Program-made: the position numbers and the translations under genes
Assembly (NCBI GenBank): GCA_937967405.1
Contig: CALCJV010000027.1
Location: 8,527-72,526 of the forward strand
Source: an uncultured Chloroflexales bacterium
GTDB taxonomy: Bacteria > Chloroflexota > Chloroflexia > Chloroflexales > Chloroflexaceae
Length of the DNA stretch: 64,000 nucleotides
Direction of reading: 5' to 3'
The notes under the pieces: model-generated
Seen by the model: only the letters and a program-made list of their open reading frames with translations
Databases searched by the model: none
Told to the model about the DNA's origin: nothing
Shown: positions 8,875 to 18,165 of the stretch, in pieces
Numbering within the stretch: the stretch's first letter is position 1
Layout: each line of letters starts with the position of its first letter

Positions 8875-9138
8875 ATGCCCGCCATAGTACGCGCTCTATG
8901 GGGCTATCTCACGCTCAATGCCACCCTGCTGATGCTGGCGGCGGCCGGCTTGCATGGCGGCGAGCTGTGGTGGCTCGCTACAGGTGGCTGCCTTGCACTG
9001 ATCGGCTGGCGGGTGGGGTGGTTTACGGCCCGCTATCAGCCAGAGCCGCGCCCAGTGATCGTGTATATCGTGGTGGTGGATGCCGCCCAAGAATGTGAAT
9101 TCCACAGGCAATCGGCCCACGACGGTGAGCCGAGCTAA
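8875..9138 (+). CDS. small 2-TM membrane protein (holin-like topology)
   Basis: ATG 8875 lies 2 nt after the CHAT stop. Two hydrophobic helices: LWGYLTLNATLLMLAAAGL and LWWLATGGCLALIGWRVGWF. Short charged tail. Confidence 0.55.
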   Translation: MPAIVRALWGYLTLNATLLMLAAAGLHGGELWWLATGGCLALIGWRVGWFTARYQPEPRPVIVYIVVVDAAQECEFHRQSAHDGEPS

Positions 9139-9155
9139 GCAACAGGAGCTAAGGA

Positions 9156-11048
9156 ATGACAACGAGCGAACAGAGCCAGACCTACGCGATCCGACAGGTT
9201 GGCATGACTCGTCAGCACTTTCAGATCGGGGATGCCGCCCGCATTCGCATGATTGTACTGCATGCTACCGCCGGATCGTATCCCGGCGATTACGAATGGC
9301 TGCGGCAGGGTGGCAGCGCAAGCGCACCCGTCTCAATTCATTACTACATTGACAAGCAAGGCAACATCAGCCAGATGGTCGCTGATGCTAACATTGCGTG
9401 GCACGCGGGCGAGAGTACGTGGATCGTAGATGGGCAGCAGATTAACTACGCGCATGGCTGTAATGCTGTCTCAGTCGGGATTGAGCTAGAGAATTGGAAC
9501 AACGGTAGCGACCCCTACCCCCCAGCGCAGGTGGATGCCGCCGTGTGGCTGACGCGCCAACTAGTGCAGACCTATGCCATTCCGCGCAACCAACTAGTGC
9601 GCCACCTTGATATTGCCCCCGCTCGCAAGACTGATCCGCGAGGCTTTGCGTGGGCGCAATTTGTTGAGGATGTGTATCATCCGCTTGAGCCGGAAGCCAC
9701 CCCCGCCGAACAGCTGGCCCGGCTGCGGGCGCGGTTGGTAGATTTTGCCTATCGCACGGCGGGGAGTGCCGCCCCTGATGGCTGGACCTTGCTGCGGGGC
9801 AGCATCTCGCGCAATACGGGCATGCCGGTGCGGGCGATCACGCCCCCCGCGCAGGCCAAGCAGCCGGCCGATGCAAATGCACGAGCGGTGCGCCTTGCTG
9901 GGCAAGCATTGGTGGTGGAAGCCTACGGGCGGGACTTGTTGTATGCCCCGCCGGATAACCTGTTGCAGATCCGCCAACTCAGTCAGACCAAAGGCGGTAC
10001 ACTCCGCACGGCATTACTGGAAGCCCTGTTCCGCGCCGTTGATCCCGTCTCTGGCTTCCGCCCCGATTGGGCCTTTCATCAGTATTACCTCGAACACGCC
10101 GCCGCGCTCGGTGTGCCGATCACGCCCAACTATCGCCTTGCCCGCCACACCCGTGATGGCATGGCGTATGTGGTGCAGCATTTCGCGCTGGATAGCCTGT
10201 GCGCTCCGGTCAAGAACTGGCGGCAGATTACGCGCCTCAGCAGCTTAACTGAGGCCATGTATGCGGGTGATCCGCACGATACTGCCGCCCGTGAGCTACG
10301 CAGCCTATTGCTCAATGACCTGTATCAACAGCGCACGGGCACTGCCTTCGATGCCACGGCCCTCTTCTGCCGCTATGCCATTCAGCACCAGCTTGGTGCG
10401 CCGCTTGGCCCAGCCGAACTCTTCAGCTTCAATGGGCGGCGGATGGTGGCGATGCCATTTGCATTGGATGTGATCTACTGCCACATTCCCGCCGATGCCA
10501 ATTGGGAAGGGGTGACCGTCAATGCCATGCCCCCAATGTTGGGGAGCACCACGCCACCGGAAATTGGGCGGCTGAGTGTGTTACTGCATGAAGCGGCGCA
10601 GCCCACGCTCGCTCCAGAGCTGCCCGCCCTGATCCCACCGCCCTACGCTGGACATCTGCTCGGTGCGCCCGTGCAGCAGGTGCTTGAGCGCGACCTCTCG
10701 CTGCATACACCCCTCGATCCACAACTGAGTGCCTTGCCGCCGGTTGCCCCGCAACGGCTGCTGCTGGTGCCTGCGCCGCCACTCGATGCGACTGAGCAGC
10801 CCGAACAACATTGGCATGCCTATCTGGATCGGCAGGGGGTGTTCACGCGCTTCAGCAACCTCGCCCAGCCCACCCCGCTCACCAATGGTAGCGGCTATGC
10901 CATACCGCTTGTGGTGCTGGGTGTGGAGGGTGGTACGCAGAATATGCCGCCGGCCCAACGGCGGGCATTGCTGTGCATTCTGCGCGATGTGCCGCCGCTT
11001 ATCGGCCTAAGCCAAAACCATATCTATCTTGCCCATCGCCAACAATAG
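9156..11048 (+). CDS. N-acetylmuramoyl-L-alanine amidase (Amidase_2/PGRP fold) with a long C-terminal extension
   Basis: AGGAG (9144-9148) precedes ATG 9156. Motifs: MIVLHATAG, IAWHAGES, NAVSVGIELEN, VRHLDIAPARKTDP (T7-lysozyme-type Zn amidase). No signal peptide. About 450 aa of extra sequence with two LG-x-P...F-x-LD repeats. Confidence 0.8.
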   Translation: MTTSEQSQTYAIRQVGMTRQHFQIGDAARIRMIVLHATAGSYPGDYEWLRQGGSASAPVSIHYYIDKQGNISQMVADANIAWHAGESTWIVDGQQINYAHGCNAVSVGIELENWNNGSDPYPPAQVDAAVWLTRQLVQTYAIPRNQLVRHLDIAPARKTDPRGFAWAQFVEDVYHPLEPEATPAEQLARLRARLVDFAYRTAGSAAPDGWTLLRGSISRNTGMPVRAITPPAQAKQPADANARAVRLAGQALVVEAYGRDLLYAPPDNLLQIRQLSQTKGGTLRTALLEALFRAVDPVSGFRPDWAFHQYYLEHAAALGVPITPNYRLARHTRDGMAYVVQHFALDSLCAPVKNWRQITRLSSLTEAMYAGDPHDTAARELRSLLLNDLYQQRTGTAFDATALFCRYAIQHQLGAPLGPAELFSFNGRRMVAMPFALDVIYCHIPADANWEGVTVNAMPPMLGSTTPPEIGRLSVLLHEAAQPTLAPELPALIPPPYAGHLLGAPVQQVLERDLSLHTPLDPQLSALPPVAPQRLLLVPAPPLDATEQPEQHWHAYLDRQGVFTRFSNLAQPTPLTNGSGYAIPLVVLGVEGGTQNMPPAQRRALLCILRDVPPLIGLSQNHIYLAHRQQ

Positions 11049-11171
11049 TAACAATGATCAGGATGACACGCGAGCCACGCCACGTTGCTTGGGGCTATTG
11101 ATCTCAGCCCGATGGGGTTGCTAAGCCGTGATCGTTAGTGCCGGATACTTGTCATATATGGAGACTATGCC

Positions 11172-11651
11172 ATGACGATGATTGAGTCCTATCACGTCGC
11201 CACACCGCTCCCCGCCGTGTGCGAGCTGCCGCTGCTGCACGGTACGCACGCAAGTAGCCTGTGCCCCGATGCCCGCTTGAATGTGCCGCCGTGCTTTCGC
11301 GCCGCCTTCGCTGAAGGGGCGATCCTAACCTGTGGGTATGAGGGCTGCTTGTACCTCTTGCCGCCCGCAAGCTGGCAGAGCTTGGTGCGGCAAGCCCGCA
11401 CTATCGCCCCCTCCAGCGAACAGGGTCGCTTGCAGCGGCGGCGAGTATTTGCCAGCGCATTGGCGGTAGCTCTTGATGCGGACGGGAACTTTACCCCCCC
11501 GCCAGATCTGCTCGCCTATGCAGGCATCCGTGCGCGGGTGATCTTTGCTGGGGTAGATAGCTACATCGAGCTGTGGGCGGCCCATCGTTGGCTGAGTATG
11601 CGCGATCAGCTGGCCCGCAGCGCATACCGCACCATGCACACTCAGCCCTGA
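11172..11651 (+). CDS. MraZ-like (tandem SpoVT/AbrB-type) protein, not in a dcw context
   Basis: Collinear by eye with B. subtilis and E. coli MraZ: G....PDARLNVPPCFR...ILTCGYEGCLYLLPPASW...RRRVFASALAVALDADGNFTPPPDLLAYAGIRARVIFAGVDSYIELWAAHRW. The two DxxGR motifs are degenerate (PDARL, DADGN). Start uncertain (ATG 11172 or GTG 11217). Confidence 0.6.
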   Translation: MTMIESYHVATPLPAVCELPLLHGTHASSLCPDARLNVPPCFRAAFAEGAILTCGYEGCLYLLPPASWQSLVRQARTIAPSSEQGRLQRRRVFASALAVALDADGNFTPPPDLLAYAGIRARVIFAGVDSYIELWAAHRWLSMRDQLARSAYRTMHTQP

Positions 11652-11695
11652 CACCCACCACCCGATCCCTGATACCCATCGAAAGGAGACCTTGT

Positions 11696-12814
11696 ATGCC
11701 AATCGCCCCCCCGCCTCTGCACGAACGCAGCCACGCTCTGCTGAGTCGTGTCTGGGCCCAGCCCAACCAGCCGCCGCTCCTGCTAGCGATCCCGCCGGAG
11801 CGCGTGGATGATGGCGATGCCGCTACGCCCGCGCCGCCACAGTTCCAGCCCCACCGGCACTACTTCCAAGTGCGGGTGAATGAGATGTATCTCTCGCAGC
11901 GACGTGAATGGTTTACCACCTATGATCCCCTCGTGTTTGCCGTGACCGAGTTCATCTACCATCGGCGGCACGTCGCGCTCCCATTCGTGGTCGGTCCCAC
12001 GATGCTTGAAGCGTATGGACGGCAGTTGCCACTGGGCATGCTCTTCACTAATACGCGCATCGCTGGCCCTTATCCCTATCGCGGTGGGCGCATTGCCCTA
12101 GCGATTGTGCTGTATCGGGTGCGCCGCGACAATGCCATCCGCAATGTGCTGCGCCTCCTCGAACGAGTGGCGGGTGTCGTGGATGTGGCCGGCATGGTAC
12201 ATACGTATATCAAATTAGCGGATGTTTTACTCGATGGCATGGAGACGCTGCTAAGTGCTGATGCCACCGAGCCGCGTATTGGCGTGCGGATCGAGCTTGA
12301 TCCGGCCGCAACGGGTGAGATTCGCCCCGGCTACTACGTGCTGCTCGAACCACACGCCACGCAGATCAATCCGGCGCACTTGCGCGTGCGTGAGCAGCAG
12401 CTCTGGTATGGTACCGATGCAGTTAGTGCGGAACCATTCCGTAGCAGCGATTATGTTTTGTATAGCTTGATGCAGACCAGCGAACGGAGTGATCTGACGA
12501 CGCTGGCATTCTATCCCCTGTATGAACAAGTTCTCGCGGCGGCCATTCACCCCGATGCCGAGAACTGGAAGCGAGCGCGGATCAACCTGCTCACGCTGAT
12601 CCAGAATATCGAACTCAGCCCAGATTTGACGAGCGCACAAGCCCGCGCCCTCAGCCGCCACTACACCGAGCGCGTATTACAGGCCCACCATCACGCCACC
12701 CAAATCGGTACACTCGGTAGCCGCGCCGTTGCCCACCAGCAGCGCAGCCGCCCCGACCTATCAGCCCAAGCCCAGCAACGCTGGCATGAATTAGCCCGCT
12801 ATCTGGAGCTGTAA
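11696..12814 (+). CDS. hypothetical protein
   Basis: The ORF track gives 11573-12814, but AAAGGAGA (11682-11689) precedes ATG 11696 and the upstream part overlaps the MraZ-like gene. No motif recognised. Confidence 0.55.
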   Translation: MPIAPPPLHERSHALLSRVWAQPNQPPLLLAIPPERVDDGDAATPAPPQFQPHRHYFQVRVNEMYLSQRREWFTTYDPLVFAVTEFIYHRRHVALPFVVGPTMLEAYGRQLPLGMLFTNTRIAGPYPYRGGRIALAIVLYRVRRDNAIRNVLRLLERVAGVVDVAGMVHTYIKLADVLLDGMETLLSADATEPRIGVRIELDPAATGEIRPGYYVLLEPHATQINPAHLRVREQQLWYGTDAVSAEPFRSSDYVLYSLMQTSERSDLTTLAFYPLYEQVLAAAIHPDAENWKRARINLLTLIQNIELSPDLTSAQARALSRHYTERVLQAHHHATQIGTLGSRAVAHQQRSRPDLSAQAQQRWHELARYLEL

Positions 12815-12966
12815 GGCAACGCACTGCACCCCATACACCAAATGCCTGTGGTATACTGATCTTGTCACGAGGAGTGAGGGGATGCAGTATGCCGCTGCGT
12901 GGAGGCATGCCTGCGATGCCCCTGTGCCACTTGACCCTGCTAGCCCCTGCCGTGTATGAGAGGAGC

Positions 12967-15501
12967 ATGCCTGTGAAAGCTGTCATTATGGCTGGAGGCG
13001 AAGGAACCCGCCTACGCCCAATCACGATCAATCGTCCCAAGCCAATGGTAGCAGTGGTGGATCGGCAAGCCATCCACCACATCATTGAGCTATTGAAGCT
13101 GCACGGGATCACTGATATTATTATCACCGTGCAATACCTCGCCAGTACGATTCAAGATTACTACAGTGATGGCAGCAACTACGGCGTGAATATCACCTAC
13201 TCGGTCGAGACCTCGCCGCTCGGCACGGCGGGCAGTGTGCGCCACGCCATGCACTTACTGGATGAGCCGTTCCTCGTGATTTCGGGAGATGCTCTGACTG
13301 ACATTGATCTGACCCGCGTGATTGAACACCACCGCCGCACTGCCGCCCATGCGACCTTGACCTTGACCCGGGTGCCTAATCCATTGGACTATGGCGTGGT
13401 GATTACCGATGACAATGGCTATGTGCAGCACTTTCTGGAGAAACCAAGCTGGGGTGAGGTCTTTTCCGATACGGTCAATACCGGCATTTACGTGATTGAT
13501 CCGAGCGTGTTTGAGTACATTGAGCCAGACATGATGGTAGACTGGTCGCGGGATGTCTTCCCGCGCATGCTGCGCGATGGGCAGCGTATTATGGGCTACG
13601 TCGCTGAAGGCTACTGGACGGATATTGGCAATATCGAGGAGTACATGCGGGCTTGTGGGGACTATCTGGCGGGCAAGCTGCGCTTGCCGCGCGTGGGGCA
13701 GCGCGTGGGCGGTGGGCTGTGGCTGCAAGCGGATGCCGACATTGCGGCCGATGCCCAACTGCACGGCGATATTTTTCTGGGGCACGGGGTCAAAATCCGC
13801 TCTGGGGTGAGCATTCACGGGCCTACGTTCATCCGCCCGTACACGATTATAGATAGCCACGCCCGCATTGACCGTTCGTGCGTCTGGCGCAATTCGTACA
13901 TCGGTGAGCGTTCGCAGTTGCACGGTGCGATTGTGTTGCGTCAGTGCGACATCCGCAGCCAAGTGCGCCTATTTGAAGGGGTAGTGGTGGGTGATGGGGT
14001 GCAGATTGGCACCGGCGCGGTGCTGCAACCAAACGTCAAGATTTGGCCGAGTAAAGAGGTAGACGAAGGCGCAACCGTCTCGACGAGCCTGATCTGGGGC
14101 AATCAGGCGCGGCGCGTCTTGTTTGGGCGGCACGGCATTAGCGGCATGGTCAACATCGAGATCACGCCCGAATTCTGTGCGCGGCTAGGGGCGGCGTTTG
14201 GGGCGGTGTTGCCCCGCGGCTCAACCGTTACGATCAACCGTGACCCGCACTACACCCCGCGTATGCTCAAGCGGGCGTTGATCGCGGGCTTGCCCTCCAC
14301 TGGGGTGCATGTCACTGATCTGCAATCCGTACCGATTCCGGTGGCCCGCTATTACACCCACGCAAGCCAAGCGGCAGGTGGGGTGCATGTGCGCCTCTCT
14401 CCCTACGATAACCGCATGGCTGAGATTAAGTTCTTCGACCCGCGTGGGCTGAATATCAATACCAGCTTGCAACGCAAGATCGAGAGTGTCTTTTTCCGCG
14501 AGGATTTTCGCCGCGCCTACCTCGACGAGATTGGGCGCATCACCTACGGCACGGGCGTGGGCGATACCTACATGAAAGCCTTTCTTGGCGCAATCCAGCC
14601 CGATATTATTCAGCAGGTGGTCGGACGACCACCAGATATAGCCGGCACGCAGCACCCTTTGCTTGTGGTAGATTATGCCCACGCCAACGGCAGTGACATC
14701 TTCCCCAAGATTCTGCGTCGCCTCAAGATAGATGTGGTTGAGCTGAATGCCAACCTCGACGAGAACCGCATTGTCCAATCCACCGCCGATTTCGAAGCCG
14801 GCATGCACCGCTTGATGCAGATTGTACCGGTGCTGGATGCGAGCTTTGGCATCCGTATTGATGCGAATGGTGAACGGATCTTCATCGTAGATGATCGCGG
14901 TGATCGCATCAATAGCATGAATGCGCTGGTGGTGGTGGCGTGGCTCGCCTTTCGCGCCCACGGCGGCGGCAGCATTGCCGTGCCCGTGACGGCACCGCGG
15001 GTGTTCGAAGTGCTGGCGGATCAGTACGGTTGCCGCGTAATCCGTACCAAAAGCTCGCTCAGCGAGATGATGCAAATGGCGGCGGAACACCCCGATTTGC
15101 TCCTGCTTGGCGATGGGATTGGTGGCTACATCTTCCCGTCCTTCCACCCGATCTTCGATGGGCTGTTTGCTACGATCAAGATTATCGAGCTGCTGGCCCT
15201 GAATCAGGTGCGGCTGAGTGAGGTACTGAAGCAGACCCCTCCCTACCACTTGGCCCAGACCAAAGTGCCCTGCCGGTGGGACAGCAAGGGTAAGGTGATG
15301 CGGGTGTTGAACGAACGCTACTACCACCGTAGCCCCACCCAACTCGATGGGATTCGGATCGAGATGGGCGAGCGTGATTGGGTGCTGATCTTGCCTGATC
15401 CCGATAGCCCGTTCTTCCACATCTACGCCGAAAGTAGCAACGATGAACTTGCTCGTGAGCTTGCTGAACAGTATGCTGCTGAGGTTGCCTATTTGCAATA
15501 G
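12967..15501 (+). CDS. sugar-1-phosphate nucleotidyltransferase fused to left-handed beta-helix and PGM/PMM-like domains
   Basis: GAGAGGAG precedes ATG 12967. [17 protein letters not shown] signature of NTP-transferases. Hexapeptide-repeat region in the middle. C-terminal four-domain phosphohexomutase-like region with divergent active-site loops (RLSPYDN, IDANGER). Confidence 0.8.
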   Translation: MPVKAVIMAGGEGTRLRPITINRPKPMVAVVDRQAIHHIIELLKLHGITDIIITVQYLASTIQDYYSDGSNYGVNITYSVETSPLGTAGSVRHAMHLLDEPFLVISGDALTDIDLTRVIEHHRRTAAHATLTLTRVPNPLDYGVVITDDNGYVQHFLEKPSWGEVFSDTVNTGIYVIDPSVFEYIEPDMMVDWSRDVFPRMLRDGQRIMGYVAEGYWTDIGNIEEYMRACGDYLAGKLRLPRVGQRVGGGLWLQADADIAADAQLHGDIFLGHGVKIRSGVSIHGPTFIRPYTIIDSHARIDRSCVWRNSYIGERSQLHGAIVLRQCDIRSQVRLFEGVVVGDGVQIGTGAVLQPNVKIWPSKEVDEGATVSTSLIWGNQARRVLFGRHGISGMVNIEITPEFCARLGAAFGAVLPRGSTVTINRDPHYTPRMLKRALIAGLPSTGVHVTDLQSVPIPVARYYTHASQAAGGVHVRLSPYDNRMAEIKFFDPRGLNINTSLQRKIESVFFREDFRRAYLDEIGRITYGTGVGDTYMKAFLGAIQPDIIQQVVGRPPDIAGTQHPLLVVDYAHANGSDIFPKILRRLKIDVVELNANLDENRIVQSTADFEAGMHRLMQIVPVLDASFGIRIDANGERIFIVDDRGDRINSMNALVVVAWLAFRAHGGGSIAVPVTAPRVFEVLADQYGCRVIRTKSSLSEMMQMAAEHPDLLLLGDGIGGYIFPSFHPIFDGLFATIKIIELLALNQVRLSEVLKQTPPYHLAQTKVPCRWDSKGKVMRVLNERYYHRSPTQLDGIRIEMGERDWVLILPDPDSPFFHIYAESSNDELARELAEQYAAEVAYLQ

Positions 15502-15575
15502 GTGCAATTTTTGTTGTGCAGGTGCGTCTATATCTATAGACGTGGCATGCCCTAAAGACGTACAAGGAGGGTGGA

Positions 15576-17621
15576 ATGCAAGGACAGGTAGCCCTACTTC
15601 ACAGCGGACAGCAGGTTGGCGATTTTGTGATCGAGGCTGAGCAGGGGCGCGGCGGCATGGCTGTCGTCTATCGGGCCCAGCAGGTGTCGCTCAAACGCAC
15701 GGTAGCATTGAAGCTGATGCTGCCCCAGATTAGCATTGATCCACAAGCAGTGGTGCGCTTTCAGCAGGAAGCCCAACACGCTGCCCGCCTCAGCCATCCA
15801 CATATCGTCACGATCTATGGCACGGGTGAACTGATGCTGCCCAATGGCTTGACTGTGCCCTATATTGCGATGCAGTATGTGGCTGGGGCGACGCTGCGGG
15901 AACTGATCCAGCACGAGCCAGTTTCGCTTGAGCAGGCAACGACGATCCTTACCCAAGTAGCGCAAGCCCTTGATTATGCCCACTCGTATGGGATGATCCA
16001 CCGCGACATTAAGCCCTCGAATATCCTTCTCAGCACAACAGGCGTTGCCTATTTGACTGATTTTGGGCTAGCTACGGCGATTGGTAGTGGCCGCGGGCTA
16101 ACCCGTTCGGGCATGGTCATTGGCACACCAGAGTATATGGCTCCTGAGCAAGCCGAAGGGCGCGGGCAGATTGGTACGACCGCCGATGTGTATGCCCTCG
16201 GCTTGGTGCTGTATGAGATGCTCACCGGGAAACTTCCGTTCGAGGCGGATACGCCGATGGGGATAATGCTAGCGCGGCTGCTGCACCCGCCGCGTGACCT
16301 GCACGAATTGCGCCCCGATCTGCCCCCTGCCCTTGCCACCGTGATCCAGACGGCCCTTGCCCGCGATCCCGCCCAACGCTACCCAACGGCGGGTGCACTA
16401 GCTGCTGCGCTGCATGCGCTTGAGCCTAGCGCAGCGGGCAATGCGAGCAACGATGCTCCGACGGTCGTTGTCGCCCCTGTAGCTGCCCATTCCCCCCCCC
16501 TCGCGGCAACCCCCGTGATTGGTGCAACGGTGAGCATGCCCAATGAACACATGCCCCTCGTGGCCACGCCGGCCCCCCCACTGTTGCCAGCCCAACCAGA
16601 CTCCGCTGCGGTGCAGACCTCAGCGCATAGCCGCTCCCGCACAAGCAATACGCTGCTCGGCTATGGCTTGATCGGCTTGGGCGGGGTAGCGTTGCTGCTT
16701 GTGTTGTTGATGCGGATCAACCCCCTTGTCGTGCGGGTGGCAAGTCCGCTACTGCTGGGCATAGGTACTTTTTTGAGCATCATTGTGATTGTGCAGAGCC
16801 TGAGTCAGCGTGGGCGGGCAGGAGCTGAGCACCACGTGCAGCGCACGCGCCTGCTTGGCGTAATTGGGGTCGGGCTGGTGTTACTGGGCGGACTGAGTGC
16901 AAACCAATTTATGCCGCAGATAGCACCCGATTCGGGCGTGACTAGCCCCCCGCCAGCTTTGTCCTATCCCGTACCTGTGCTTGCTGAGGGGGCAATTCCA
17001 CGCAGTGCTTATGACGAATCATCGCTGAGTATCTACTTTACCTATGCACGTGGAGCGTTAGAGCAAGGCAACTATAGCGCAGCGAGGGATTGGCTCGAGC
17101 CGCTACTTGAATCGGCTTCGTCGAATGCACAACTCCATACCCTGTTGGGGCACAGCTATGTGCTTGAGGCGAGTGCTATGCCCACCGGAAGTGCTGAACG
17201 TGCTCAAGCAGCGCAAAATGCAGTCGAAGCCTACATGCAAGTGCATCAAGGCAGTGCCGAACTGGAAGCTGGGCTAGGCTGGGCGTATCGCTATCTGGGC
17301 AACTTCCGCGAGGCGCGGGCCCATTTTGAATCCGCCCTCAATTTCGAGGATAAGTATGAGCCAGCCCTTTCGGGCTTGGCGTGGACGCTGTATGACAGTG
17401 CTGAGTATCAGCGGGCCGCCGATCTGTTTGAAGAAGCCCTCGATGAACTTGACGACACGACTGATCCATCCGCTAAGGAGCTGTATCTGGGCTTGGCGCA
17501 ATCGCTCGAGATGGTGCAAGACTACGATGAGGCAATTGAGGCGTATGAAAAGGCTCTGGAGTTTGATCGTGACAATGATTTGATCCTGTCAGCGATTGAG
17601 CGGCTGAAACAGTTCCGCTAG
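15576..17621 (+). CDS. Ser/Thr protein kinase with TM segments and C-terminal TPR repeats
   Basis: AAGGAGG RBS. Hanks kinase motifs: HRDIKPSNILL, DFGLA, GTPEYMAPE. Pro/Ala linker, hydrophobic segments, and a TPR-like C-terminus (..GLGWAYRYLGNFREARAHFESALNF..). Confidence 0.9.
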   Translation: MQGQVALLHSGQQVGDFVIEAEQGRGGMAVVYRAQQVSLKRTVALKLMLPQISIDPQAVVRFQQEAQHAARLSHPHIVTIYGTGELMLPNGLTVPYIAMQYVAGATLRELIQHEPVSLEQATTILTQVAQALDYAHSYGMIHRDIKPSNILLSTTGVAYLTDFGLATAIGSGRGLTRSGMVIGTPEYMAPEQAEGRGQIGTTADVYALGLVLYEMLTGKLPFEADTPMGIMLARLLHPPRDLHELRPDLPPALATVIQTALARDPAQRYPTAGALAAALHALEPSAAGNASNDAPTVVVAPVAAHSPPLAATPVIGATVSMPNEHMPLVATPAPPLLPAQPDSAAVQTSAHSRSRTSNTLLGYGLIGLGGVALLLVLLMRINPLVVRVASPLLLGIGTFLSIIVIVQSLSQRGRAGAEHHVQRTRLLGVIGVGLVLLGGLSANQFMPQIAPDSGVTSPPPALSYPVPVLAEGAIPRSAYDESSLSIYFTYARGALEQGNYSAARDWLEPLLESASSNAQLHTLLGHSYVLEASAMPTGSAERAQAAQNAVEAYMQVHQGSAELEAGLGWAYRYLGNFREARAHFESALNFEDKYEPALSGLAWTLYDSAEYQRAADLFEEALDELDDTTDPSAKELYLGLAQSLEMVQDYDEAIEAYEKALEFDRDNDLILSAIERLKQFR

Positions 17622-17650
17622 GCAAGCGGCGCAGAGCCATTGGTGCGGGG

Positions 17651-18103
17651 CTAGCTGGGGGGGAAGTCGCCGCGATTGATTTGCACCTGTATCTGCTGTT
17701 CGCCCGCAAGAAAGTTGAGGAGCGAACTAACCAGCGAGATCACCAAGCCGCCCCACAGGGCATCCCAGAAGGTATTAACCTGAAAGGCAATATGGATCGC
17801 ATCGGCCAACGCAGATGCCAGTAGCAGCAAGCCCGCATTGATCACAAATACAAACAGCCCCAGTGTAAGGATAACGAGCGGCAGCACAAACAGGACTAGC
17901 AACGGGCGCACAAGCGAATTGAGTAACCCCAGAATGATGGCCACGATGCCGAGCTGCCAGCCCGGCCCAGCAAAGGTGATACCGGGTACGATCCAGATCG
18001 CTACGAAGATGGCTAGTGTGCTAATCAGCCAGCGCAGGGTGAGCCGTCGGATGCCGTGCCACGCGAGTTGTTGCGGCGTGGGTGGTTGTGATTCTTGTGT
18101 CAT
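17651..18103 (-). CDS. DUF360 / phage-holin-4-like membrane protein
   Basis: 150 aa with four hydrophobic helices. GWQLGIVAIILGLLNSLVRPLLVLFVLPLVILTLGLFVFVINAGLLLL resembles the PF04020 family as I remember it. Confidence 0.65.
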   Translation of the reverse strand: MTQESQPPTPQQLAWHGIRRLTLRWLISTLAIFVAIWIVPGITFAGPGWQLGIVAIILGLLNSLVRPLLVLFVLPLVILTLGLFVFVINAGLLLLASALADAIHIAFQVNTFWDALWGGLVISLVSSLLNFLAGEQQIQVQINRGDFPPS

Positions 18104-18165
18104 GCTTCAAATAATACACGAGATACCCGCGTGATGCAATTGCAATTCTGTGTATAATAGCCACT

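Noticed and set aside
11573-11695. Upstream extension of the 413-aa ORF overlapping the MraZ-like gene
   Set aside because: The overlap with the MraZ-like coding frame is 79 nt. A strong RBS (11682-11689) serves ATG 11696 instead.
14221-15507. 428-aa ORF on the minus strand
   Set aside because: It is entirely antisense to the nucleotidyltransferase/PMM-like gene, which has clear family motifs. The product is Gly/His/Arg/Ala-rich with no motif. Long antisense open frames are expected at this GC content.
16492-16500. C9 homopolymer in the kinase gene (and a G9 at 36476-36484 in bchD) as possible phase-variation tracts
   Set aside because: Both arise from consecutive proline codons (CCC) in Pro-rich linkers. 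Runs of 7 G or C are frequent throughout the window. There is no promoter-proximal or 5'-end placement typical of contingency loci.
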